Shown here: piece after piece, positions 1-11,200 of the stretch
Layout of the letters: every line of letters begins with the position of its first letter
Position numbering within the stretch: position 1 is the stretch's first letter
Source of the DNA: Psammoneis japonica
Lineage: Eukaryota
Direction: 5' to 3'
Assembly: GCA_008632985.1 (NCBI GenBank)
Contig: QPGO01000082.1
Span: forward strand, 310,001 to 345,272
DNA length: 35,272 bases
Position numbers and translations under genes: made by a program
Notes under the pieces: model-generated
The model's input: the letters and a program-made list of their open reading frames with translations, nothing else
What the model was told of the DNA's origin: nothing
Database searches by the model: none

Positions 1-248
1 CCATGTGGGTGGTCGCGCGGAGCAATCGAAATCAAGGGTGGTCGGGCGGTGGTCGTCGCTGGTCGCGGTCGCCGCAGAGGCCATGGGTGACTGCGCCCGC
101 AAAAGGGTGCAAGTGCAAACTCGAAACTCGGCCTCATGGCTCATGGTGACTGCTGAGTGGCATTCACATTGCGGATTGATCATTTCGCTCTTCTTCTTCT
201 CCTTGCAACAAATAGAAGTAGGTACTACAGGAACCGGTGTCACCTATT

Positions 249-1340
249 ATGCAAGCTACGATCCATCGTTGCTCCAAGATGCTCGTTCTAGGAGAAAAAG
301 ATGTGCGCCGGTGTCTGTCAATGTCGGATTGCATTGAAATGAACAGAAAGGCGCTGACCTCCCTGTCAAAGAGGTACACAAAGGACGGCAAGCCAAGTGG
401 AGTCGTTCCGACTCGTTTAGCATTGCCTTACAGCAGTGGATTATCGACTGGAGACGATGAAGCTCCTCAAGACTGGACTCTCTTCAAACCTGCAGCTTGG
501 TATTCACCCGATAATGTTCTAATGGGGCTCAAGATTGTTTCTGTCCGCTCCCACAACGCATCGATCGGGAAGCCAATGGTTCCCGCGACAATCATGTTGG
601 TGGATGCTCAATCTGGAGAATCGCATGCGACTCTTGGTGGGACTTACTTGACCGCAGCACGAACTGCTGCTGGAAGTGCTGTTGCTACTCAGCTCTGTTG
701 TTCACAGGAACCGTGTCGGAATCTATTGTTGTTTGGAGCCGGGATGCAAGCTGAATGCCACATCGATGCTCTCATGTGTGTGTTACCGAACATCAGTAGT
801 ATTAAAATTGTGAATCGCACAAGAGACCGAGCAGAATCTTTGAAAGAGAAAGTTGCAGAGCAGTATCCAACCGTGTCGATGATAGAAACGATTCTTTTGA
901 AAGACCACGGGTCGGTAAAGCTGGCAGTCTCGGAAGCGCATGTTATTGTGGCGTGCACCAACTCACCTACGCCTTTATGGGATGGATCATGGCTTCAGTC
1001 AAACTGTCATGTAATTGGAATTGGTTCTTATACGCCCGATATGCAAGAAGTGGACAGAGAGACTGTGGACCGATCGAATATCCTGGTCGACACGTGGGAA
1101 GCCCTGCAAGTAGGAGATTTGAAGCATCTCGACTCAAAAAGCAATCAGGCAGCCTTATTGGGGGATGCGCTATGGGATGAATCCAAGTGTAATGCTGGGA
1201 AGGAAACCGAGAGCGACAGTAGAAGGGATTGCACTTTTTACAAAGCAGTTGGGACTGCTATTCAAGATGTATTGACCGCAAGTATGGTAGTGGAGCACGC
1301 GAAGGAACTAGGTATCGGTACAGAGGTGGATATGTCATAG
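249..1340 (+). CDS. Ornithine cyclodeaminase / mu-crystallin (ketimine reductase) family protein
   Basis: Uninterrupted ORF with the family motifs 'GLKIVSV', 'LTAARTAAGSAVAT', Rossmann 'LFGAGMQA', 'HVIGIGSYTPDMQEVD' and C-terminal 'YKAVGTAIQDV'. First ATG is at 249; an alternative is at 279. Confidence 0.9.
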   Translation: MQATIHRCSKMLVLGEKDVRRCLSMSDCIEMNRKALTSLSKRYTKDGKPSGVVPTRLALPYSSGLSTGDDEAPQDWTLFKPAAWYSPDNVLMGLKIVSVRSHNASIGKPMVPATIMLVDAQSGESHATLGGTYLTAARTAAGSAVATQLCCSQEPCRNLLLFGAGMQAECHIDALMCVLPNISSIKIVNRTRDRAESLKEKVAEQYPTVSMIETILLKDHGSVKLAVSEAHVIVACTNSPTPLWDGSWLQSNCHVIGIGSYTPDMQEVDRETVDRSNILVDTWEALQVGDLKHLDSKSNQAALLGDALWDESKCNAGKETESDSRRDCTFYKAVGTAIQDVLTASMVVEHAKELGIGTEVDMS

Positions 1341-1378
1341 AATGCGCTTAGATGGTGTGTTACTATGCAGGCATCTTG

Positions 1379-1972
1379 CTACTTGGACGGTCGTCCCGCG
1401 ACACTCACCAAGTTGATGCAGTATCGGTTGCCCTTTCTGTCGGGAAGATTGTGTCCCAGGTGGGTCCCATCCAAACTTACAGCTTCGCCATTGGGGAGGC
1501 AGCGCACGTCATCCCAAATCACCTCATCATCGCGAAAGCTTGGCCATCCGTGGGCCTTGCTCTCCTTAACAAAGTCGTCAAAGGACCGTCCCCGGGGTGC
1601 GACAAATAGTGGCTTGCCAGTGTTGGAGTCGTAAAACGTGATCTCTTTCTCTGTTGCTATCTGCTTTGCAGCTTCCTTGAGGAATTTTGTTTCTTGAAAG
1701 TAACCAGAATGCTCAGCGTAATGCCTGTTGTAGTTGCAGATACGATCCGCGGTTTCCCAGGAGCAACCCCAACGCAAGTCATCCTGAACGGGGCTTTCCG
1801 AAGTACCATGGCTCTTTGGCTTCATTATGGATTCATCTCCAACAATCGGAAGGGTTTTATCCTTTTTCTTAAAAATGGTCATCGTTCGTTTGGCAACTGT
1901 TGTGATTGGTCGTTGTATGTTATCGATTGCCAATTTATGCTTATGACTTGAAAGCTTGCGATTTATGAGCAC
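1379..1972 (-). CDS. msrB: Peptide methionine-R-sulfoxide reductase MsrB (SelR domain), Zn-independent type
   Basis: Motifs 'HGWPSF', 'THLGH' and catalytic 'RYCIN'. The usual CxxC pairs are replaced by 'DSNT' and 'SLDG'. The true start is uncertain and may be the downstream ATG of MTIFKKK. Confidence 0.85.
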   Translation of the reverse strand: MLINRKLSSHKHKLAIDNIQRPITTVAKRTMTIFKKKDKTLPIVGDESIMKPKSHGTSESPVQDDLRWGCSWETADRICNYNRHYAEHSGYFQETKFLKEAAKQIATEKEITFYDSNTGKPLFVAPRGRSFDDFVKESKAHGWPSFRDDEVIWDDVRCLPNGEAVSLDGTHLGHNLPDRKGNRYCINLVSVAGRPSK

Positions 1973-2686
1973 TTGGTGAGAAAAATGAAGTGGCGAAGCG
2001 CGAGTGACTCAGCCTTCGAGTCCCACGAAATCCGGTCGTGCCTGCGCAGTTTTCGCCACCCATGCTCGGGCAGAAAAGGTGGTGGTTGAAATGGCGTACT
2101 TGAAGGCTGTGTTCATTTGCAAAGGAGCTGAAAGCAGACGATTGGTTTTAGATTGCTCCAGAGATATGCCTGTTCTGAAAAATGCGCTGAGGTGGTTTGA
2201 TCTTGACAACCAAAAAGAGAGCTTTTGGAGACAAGCTTTTGCACGCTGAAGTAATTGAATGCAGAGCTCTTCGTATTATCCCGCTAGGAACAACACTCTC
2301 GAAAATGATTGATGCTTCTCTGTGCTTCTCGGGTGCCAGTATGGTATGCTCTTCTCTCTTCTCTTTTGGTACAATGGGGTCTAACTTCTAACTCTAGAGT
2401 AGTAGTCTAACTCACAGTGGCAAGGATCAGGACTTCGAGGACGCCCTATTTCGTGAATTCAATATTATATAAAATACATATCCAGATTCAACGGATGTCA
2501 TATTGATTAGTATCGTAAAAATAGACGAAGAGCTGGTATATCAATACACACTTCTTTATCATCTTTGAGCTATGGCGTATATCAGAATATAGCAGTATTC
2601 TCAATAAAATTATGCAAACACTTAGAACGAATAAAATATTGGTGTTTTCACATCTCCAATGATAACCACAAAAAGGAACTCCTACC

Positions 2687-3757
2687 ATGGCGCCCACCGA
2701 GTCCAACAAGACCGACCCTCTCTTCCCAGATGTGGCACCTCCACCAGTAATGGTGCACGTTGTTGCACCGGCAACTTTACCTGCTGGATATACCTTTGAC
2801 GCGCAAGTCGGCGATGACCCAGACAGAACCTTTACAGTCGAAGTGGTACGTGACTACGTGACTGAGAAGAAAGAATAATACGGGGCATCACCAAGCTTTG
2901 GAGGGGATAATCGATGGCCGTTTATTTGATGTGGACATATATGTTTTTTTCCCAAGAGCTTTATTTGTGATCATGTATTCAATATGGTCATATGTGAGTC
3001 CCTGGAAAACGCTCATATTCTTCGTTTGTTCTCTTCGCTCGTGACAGCCCCCGGAGGGTGTGAATGAAGGCGATTTTTTTCTTGCTCCGCTCCCAGAAAA
3101 CTACGAAGGACCTCGTCTGAATGCTCCCACTGGTCGGTGGAAAGATGGTCTCTTTGGCTGTTGCAATCTTGGTTGCTGTCACGCGCATCTTTGGTGTGCC
3201 ATCTTTTTCCCACAGAGTACGTGTGACCGTCATTTCTTCTGAGAAGTGTACTGTAGACGCTTGTTGTGAAGCACTGAAGATGATTTGCTAACTTTTTTTC
3301 TTCTTATTTTTTTCTAGTTCTTATGGCAAACGTCATGACAAGGATGAACCTCACTTGGTTGGGTGAACCGGGTCCATTGGTGTCGACTCGAAACACGTTC
3401 AAAATCGTCTTGACCCTATTCATTTGCTACATCATTTACTCGTTAACCTTGAACATTATAGCGGGACAGTACGCGTTTGACAGCGTCCCCGGCTATGTTG
3501 TTTCTCTCAAAATTCTTGGCTCGCTTTCCTTTTCACTCTGGGCCTTGTATTCTCTTTGCAAGACACGCGAAAATGTCCGTTCCAAGTATTCCATTCCAGA
3601 AGAAAAGTGTCTTGGCTGTGAGGATTGTTGCTGCGCTTTTTGGTGTACTTGCTGCACGGTTGCGCAACTTGCACGCCACACGGGGGAATACGAAACCTAC
3701 CCGGCGTCGTGCTGCACCGAGACGGGACTTCCCAAGGGCACGCCGCATTTGGTGTAA
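2687..3757 (+). CDS. PLAC8-family Cys-rich membrane protein; 3 exons (2687-2845, 3048-3216, 3318-3757)
   Basis: GTACGT donors at 2846 and 3217 and AG acceptors ending at 3047 and 3317 join in frame. Motifs are 'GRWKDGLFGCC', 'RENVRSKYSIP' and 'EDCCCAFWCTCCTVAQLARH'. Confidence 0.88.
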
Positions 3758-3923
3758 TAGCGGTACTTACGATCTAGAGCGATCCGAGTAACGGACAGCG
3801 AGAGTCAACCAGGGTCGTTGCCTGTAAAGGAGCAATGGCATAACACGTCTCACGCCAATTCATACATGACTACTAAGATACATACAATCATTACTTGCTT
3901 ACTGATTATTTGTGCTGCACTTT

Positions 3924-4972
3924 CTACTCTTCGTATCCAAAAGTCTGTTTGAACTCAGCCTTCATTTCCTGTTCCTCTCGGCCTAACTCATCCTCCAACA
4001 TGGCCTCCTCTTCTTGAGCTTTTGTTTGGACGCAACCCGCAACGCCTTGGCATGCCGTCCTTGCCGTTTCGAAACATCTTGATACTCCAAATGCAACCTC
4101 CCAATCGTTTCGCCAAAGAGATTTGTGGATTGGTTCTTGGTTTTGCTCTTGGCGGCGACCACTGCCTTGGGTTGTTTGAGAGAAGCACTGTACAATTCTG
4201 TGGATGCAAGCTGAGTGCGTCGGACACAAAAGTCCATGTCGGGTCCACAGGGAATCAAAAGAGGCAGAGGCGGGGTCTTGCCCGTTGCGGACGGGTTGGG
4301 ATTCTTTTTGAGCTTGCAAAAATACGTGCGTTGGTGATAGAGAACTCGGTCTTGATGCTCGACTCCCGTTATTACAATGGCATGATCAAATCCAGAAGCA
4401 ACAATTTTGGAGACGGGATCGCCGCGGTACAAATCCAAGAGCATATTCTGCAGCTTCTTTCCCTCTTGATTATCCCATACATCACCAACAAACAAAACAA
4501 GAGGTTTGCTACCAATTCGCTTCTTGGGTACAGATCCACCATAATCCGCAAGACTCTTGTATCTCAAAACACCCAGCTCCATCATGTCGAGTATTTGTCT
4601 ATCAAAGGTTCTGCCCAATACCAAATTGTTGGGTCGTTTCTTGTTGTGACTCGCCATGACAAACAGAGCGCAATCATTTTTGGTGGTGAGAAACTCGAGC
4701 GAATGCTGTCCATCATCTGTAAAGGGAACAATTTCATTCTTTTTCGAAAGCAGTTTGGCATGGGGCGCTTGAATGGCCCGTAAGTCTTTTAAAATTGTAC
4801 CCATGGCTTGAGAACAACGAATGCCTTTTAGCAAAAGTGTGGACTTTGCTGGCTCGACCAGTTGAGACTCTGTTGACTTCAAATACCGTTGGACACGAGC
4901 CTTGGGATTCTTTGCGCTCCCGGACAAGACCTTGGCCTTGGAGGCTTTGGCTTGTTGCGATGTTGGTGCCAT
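3924..4972 (-). CDS. RPF2: Ribosome production factor 2 (Brix domain); one frameshift near 4020-4025 before the acidic C-terminus
   Basis: Motifs 'KNDCALFVMASHNKKRPNNLVLGRTFDRQILDMMELG', 'GPDMDFCVRR' and 'FGETIGRLH'. Adding one A in the A-run gives ...SKQKAQEEEAMLEDEL...YEE*. Confidence 0.92.
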
Positions 4973-5347
4973 GGTCGATGTTCTGAAACTACTTTTAGAG
5001 AGTAACTAACATGAGCGTCGGTTTCTGTTTTCTGTCGGCGGTCGGCGGCAACTTTTGCGTGGTCCCGGGCGATGGAATCTTTGTTGGATGGAATTTTTTG
5101 GTTTCAAATTTTTGAGCCTGGCCTTACTGCGCGGGGGCGCGCGATACCCGCGATAGCGAGAGAGAACATTTTGAAGTACATCCGACTTTCCATGATCAAC
5201 AATCCGATGATGATTCAAACGCACGCCACAAAAAAAAGGCCGCTGTTCTATTTGACGATGATGCATTGTGAAGTGATTGTTATTTGAGAAACAACATAAC
5301 AACAGAATAGTAAGAAAAGAGATCAGGTGCTTTTCATAGTATCAGAA

Positions 5348-8215
5348 ATGGGTGAAAATTCCAACGAAAATGACGTGGGAGAAGCTGTGGAATCAAACCG
5401 AAAAGTTGGTGGGTCTCGCGGCCGTGGCGGTGGCAAGAAGAAAAAGTCAACGGCGCAAGCCCACGGCAATGACGACAGAAGATCAAAACAGAAACCCAAT
5501 CCAAGCCACCCCAAGAAAAAGAAGCCAAAAGGCAATCAAGTTGATAATCAAGGAAAGGGCGAATCGAGTCACGCTACTAGATCCTCCCAAGCGCAAAGAA
5601 ATCTGCTGGAAAAGGAGCTCACAAGTCCTCGAACAAGCGTAAAAACAAAGAGAAGAAGAATGATTCGACAAACAAAAATTCGGAACCGTCGCTTCCATTT
5701 CCGCCTTATTCAAAGTTACAAGACTGTTGGAGCGATATGCGCCAAAGATCCCAACCTCGTCCGGGGAAAATCGCATGCTTTCAGCCCAACGGGAAAGGAG
5801 CATGGCCTTTGTCACGTGCGATCGAGGGAGTCTCGCCAGGGATGTTCTGTTGGAAAATAGAATGGATCAAAATCGGGCTCTAGACGGAGATATTGTCTTT
5901 GTTGAGCTCTTGGAGGAAGAGCAAACAGAAGTTCAAAGCAAGGACAAAAGTGGCCAGGGAGAAGAGTCGATAGACGATCTCTCCAAGGCCTTTTCGTCAA
6001 GGGTATCGTTGAAGAACGGGGAAGAAGCTGAAAAGCCTGCAAGATGGCGAGATGACGCCATACAATGTCGACTATGGAATCCATTGGTGAATGTACGCAA
6101 GAAGGCTTTGTCCTCCACGCAGACGCCGTCGTTGCGTTCGGATCAATTGCAGCAGCAGAGAAAAGGCAAGGTTGTGTACGTCATGTCATCCTCGGTTACA
6201 CTTAGTAATCAATCCTCTGAATTGAATCCTAGTGATGAAAGCTATCGTGCACGGGCTCCACGAAGATCTATTGTGGGGACGCTCAAGAAAGCAAGTCGCG
6301 GCGGCTACCGCTTTGTGCCAAACAACAAGGCATTACCCGAGTTTTTCTGCAAGGGCCATATCCGACACGGCGACGGCAAGTCGGACAACAGTAATGTAGC
6401 TCTTTACAAGGGAGAATATGTCCAGGGAAGTTGGAAAGAAGGTGATTATTTCCCCCCATGCGAACGTGTTCTGTCCTTGGGTACATCGTGCAATGTGGAA
6501 GACGAAACATTGGCACTCTTGGAGGAGAACGGAGTTAACCATGGAGATTTTTCTGCTCTTGTCTTTGAAGACGTAAACCGGGCCGTGGATTCAGGCTTGA
6601 CGGTTCTGTCACGCAAGGAACAAGCCGAGGACAATCTCGGATGGCAGCCGACGCCAGACATGTACAAGGGACGAAGGGACTACAGGAAGCAACGCATCTT
6701 TACGATTGATCCCACGACGGCAAAGGATTTGGACGATGCCCTGCATATCACGCCCTTGTCTAATGGACAAGTTGAGATTGGGGTCCACATTGCAGATGTC
6801 TCTCATTTTGTGCAGCCCGATTCGGCCGTTGACGAGGAAGCACGGCGTCGTGGTACGACTGTGTATTTGGTAGACCGAACAGTACCGATGCTTCCTCGGC
6901 CACTCTGTGAGGTGGCCTGTAGTTTGAATGAAAATGTCGAGCGACTGGCATTTTCTTGTGTCTGGACCATGAATAAGGACGGAACTATGCCAGCGAATGG
7001 AGATATTTGGTATGGAAAGACCGTAATCAAGTCTTGTGCAAGGTTGGACTACGCCACGGCGCAGAACATTATCGACACAAGGTTGCTACAGGCGAAGCAT
7101 GGCACCAGGTGAATGATGAGTTGTGGCCGAAAAGCCGACGTCCCACAAAAGGATGCGGTCACACGATTGATCAAGTCGCGGCAGACGTCCGCCTCATGAA
7201 TGTCGTAGCCAAGGCGCGGAGAAAGCTTCGCTTTGAAAATGGTGCATTGGCTTTGAACGGGATAAAGCTGCTTTCCAGTTAGAGGAGGATGGCGAAACGC
7301 CGATGCTATGTGCACCATATCCAATCCGAGACTCAAATCGACTTATCGAGGAATACATGCTTCTTGCCAATTTTTGGTTGCGCAGCGTTTGATTTCTCAC
7401 ACCGGAGGACTCGCTCTTCTGAGACAGCATTCACCGCCTCTTCCGATGGCATGGAAAGTGTCGTCGAAGTCGCAATGGAAGGTATGGGCTTCAAAATCGA
7501 TGCTTCGTCATCTCAAGCCCTGCAAAAGTCTCTAAGTCGGTTAGGACGAGAATGCCAAGACGAGTTGGTTCTGCAATGCGTCACAGCCATGTTGATGACT
7601 CCCATGAAGGAGGCTCATACATTGCGGCCGGAGAAGTCGCCGAAGAAGGTTGGCGACATTTCGCTCTGAATATTCCATACTACACGCACTTTTCCTCCCA
7701 ATCCGTCGATATGCTGATATTGTGGTCCACCGTCTCTTCAGGTGTCCATCGAAGGCGAACAAGAAGTGGAATCCTTTCCAATGTCTCAGAAAGAGATCCA
7801 TAGCATTTGCAATCATTGCAACGACAAGAAAACGGCTTCAAGAAAAGCACAGGACCGAAGCGATCGTGTGTTTTTGGCTTTGTATTTGCGGCGCAACCCA
7901 CTCAAGGGACAAAAGGCTGTAGTCCTCTCCATTGGACAGAAGACTTTCACAGTCTTCGTCCCGTCGTTGGGACTTTCTGCTCTCGTACATCTAGAGGACC
8001 ACAAGGACAATTTCAAATTTGAAAGTTACACGACGTCCCGAGATCAGCGAGGCATACGAATGGAACCGAACAACAAACCGAGAAAGGACGGAGGAGGAAG
8101 GCGCAAGATGGACATCAGAGTGTTTTCCAAACTCTCTGTTTCATGCACCTGCAAAGAGAAGCCACCCGTTGACGTCAGAGTAAGGGTAGAAGGATTTTGG
8201 ACGGAGGCTGAGTAA
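5348..8215 (+). CDS. DIS3L2: DIS3-like exonuclease 2 (RNB/RNase II family 3'-5' exoribonuclease); fragmented by several frameshifts
   Basis: CSD motif 'NRALDGDIVFVEL', catalytic 'IFTIDPTTAKDLDDALHI', 'GVHIADVS', 'TTVYLVDRTVPMLPRPLCE', 'LIEEYMLLAN' and 'HFALNIPYYTHFS..PIRRYADIVVHR'. The N-terminus is Lys-rich and low complexity, with no PIN domain. Confidence 0.9.
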
Positions 8216-8294
8216 CAGAAGTAACCAACATACTGTTTTGTAAATGAAGCGCTACACATAATTAGAAGTATGATCTGCGCCATACATTTACCAA

Positions 8295-11200
8295 TCATCC
8301 ATTGCTTGGGTACAACAGATCCACTATTATGGCATGCCGACAAACTGTCCAACTAGTACTGCCGCGTGCTTGCATTGCTGCATTTCGCTGACGAGAGAAG
8401 CGTTCCTCCAAAAACACCTTCTCTCTTGAAGAGCGCGAGCGAGTGTTTCTGAAACGAGCAGCGGCAAACTCTCTCATGTTTTGCTTGATGCGTGTGTCAA
8501 GTCGTAATTGTGTGTCCAGTTTTTCTTCTAGCGGCTCCAATTGAACTGATCCGCTGTGAGATACCCTACGTTGGCCTTTCTTAGACGGGTGGATGTCGCA
8601 GTGGATATCTTTGGACGATTTCAGCTCAGGAAATAGAGACAACATCACAAATGCAGATTTGTCCGCGTATTCATAACACCGCCCTGAAAACAACAAAATG
8701 CTGGGTCAGTCGGACGATTACTCAACTGTGTCTTTTATGACCTAAATCGTGCGTTGTTTGCTTACAGACGTCCTCAATAAAACGAGCCTTCTTTCCTTTC
8801 TCATTCACAGATATACCAAATTCGCTGTAGTATATGGTCAAGCGATTTTTGTCTTTACACGCGTTCAGCTTTTCATAGACCTGCAGCTTCTCGCGCTGGA
8901 GACGATCTGCCGAATCCTTCAGATCCTCACCAACTTGTGAAGGCAACAATACCGACGAGTCCCCTCCGTGATGCGAATCATCTGCTGACAGAATGCCTTG
9001 AACCTGTACAGCGAATTTTGTTTAGGTCGAGAAACACGTATCGGAGATGAAAACGAAACTGATATCACGCACCTTTAGATACCTTGCAAACGTGCCGTTG
9101 TCAACCTTGCACGATAGCTTCCTAGTCGATACTTCCTCGCACACATTATCAGCTGCTGAGAACGCGACACCAAGCTTTTCCCATAGCCTTTCTAGCTCTT
9201 CTTGCAAAAGGTTGATATGAAGGAATCCCTCCTTCTTCGCCACGGACCAGAACTTGGTCCGAAAAGCAAGTGGAGAGTAAGCTCGATACCATAGATCAAC
9301 CAAATGGGGACGGTAGAGCGACATTCTCTCATTGACAAGAGCCTGTACCCACTTCCTCGTGAGATGCCCTCGAAGTCTGGCTTGAGCTTTGCAGATGAGA
9401 TTCTTGACTAGTGCATACGCAAAGCGGACGCGGCGACCTCGCTGAACTGACTGCACACGAATAGCCGCTTCATGGAGACGAATAACTTGCCGCCTAACTA
9501 GAACGCCACGGCTCCAGGTCTGTATGAGCAAGATGCTCCTCATCATCACGCGAGCTTTCCGTCGACTTCGGCTGCCACGGATAACACGCTGAATTTTTAC
9601 GGCAGCTCGTCTTGATATCACGATTTCAGGTTCTACTGTTTCTTCTTCTTCACCGGCAGCAGCAGCGACACGCGATCGATACTGTCGCTGGAGACATATG
9701 ATTGCTTTCTTCAATCTCCGGTAGTGCATTTTTGCGAGATGCATTCTGCACAGAGCTTGCACTTTGATTGTGACACCAATCAAAACTCCTTGTTTTCGCC
9801 TGGCGGAGATCACGAGCTCTTCTGCACCGCGAACATCTGTGTCAGGAGCAGACCTGGAAGAATTGGTGTCTACGCTCTTCTTGGACGATGGGCGTGGTCG
9901 TCGAGAAGACGGCGACATCACTATCTGCCTCGATGAATTAATGCTACACGAAAGAGAGACAATTGCCCACTCGACATCTTTTGTTACTTTCTTCGCTTTC
10001 TTCGCGATGCTGGAAACAGGTGGCGCAAGCGGCTTGAACGCCTTGGTCAATATCTCCTGCTGCTTTGACAAGTAAGACGTCTTTTGAAGCTTGACTCTAG
10101 TATTTTCTTGGGGCCACTGCTTTGGACTTCGCACTTTCCCAAATAGCTCCGGTTGAAGCTTCGGAAAGAACCCATAGCTATACTTTTCGTCTCGGTCTGG
10201 CAAACCCCAATTCGAGGGTGCTGCTGGCGTGAATGTCTCACGGATCTAACAAACACATCAGGAAACTGGTGAGAAACCACGAACAATATACTTACACACC
10301 TCGTAAGCATCGCGTCCTCCTCACCTTTCCAGATTGGTTATCCAAGAACGGCGTTTCCTTTTTGCCACCGGTCTTCAAAGTTGTCACCTTCGAACGATTC
10401 GCCTTCGCCAAAATGGACTCATCAAAAATCCTCACAAAAGGATCATCTGGATTAGCTACTTTCTCTTCAACAAATCGTTGGAACATTTGAGATGACGTGA
10501 AGTGCTCCATGAATTGCCGGGTCTCACTACTACCGGGACTGTAGTACAGAAGATCATCTATGAAGTCTTCTTGACAAAACTTTCCATGGTGAGATTCATC
10601 CTGCTCAATGAACTTCTCGTAGGAAAAGAAAATGCTGACAAAGAAGCGCAACCACGCATCACGAATCTCAGTGGTCGAAAACCCATCGGGTTCAGGGCCG
10701 TCAACAAGGCTGAGCGTAGTTGTACTTGTCGTCCCACTGCAGCTGGAGAGCTAGCCGACGACTTCTTTGATCGAAACAGACTCTTCATGTTTCGAGACTT
10801 TGTCACCTCGCGAGTAGAATCGCCACGAGAAACTAAATGCCCATGTTCCGTTGTAAAGCCACTGATTGGAGTAGACAGGTCATCGTACGCCTTCTCTGTT
10901 TTGGCGAGAGCAATTCTTCTTGCAGTCACGGGCGCAGGGTCATACAGGGCGCTGGTTCGAGCGTAGCTCGGTCGTTGGCTATTGTCTGGAAGCGGCTCTC
11001 CACCTTTCGTCATGCGGGCCCTAACACTACTCGTTCCAGTGACAGCACTCATGTAGACGACACTTCCGTACTTCTGAAGCTTCGCCTTTAGTTTTGATGC
11101 GTCTTTCCCGGGAAGGGCAGGTGGCTGCCTCGGTGACGAAGTCTCGGGATCAAAACCCAAATGGACAATATCATTGTCAAGGTCGACAAAGACGACACCA

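Noticed and set aside
2390..2690. AT-rich stretch and recurring TCTAGA/CTAGAG words in intergenic regions as possible transposon ends
   Set aside because: No terminal inverted repeat pair, target-site duplication or transposase fragment could be identified.
4022..4783. 253-aa plus-strand ORF, and similar long antisense ORFs (e.g. 12733-13275, 10502-10966, 31747-32109)
   Set aside because: These are antisense shadows of well-supported genes on the opposite strand.
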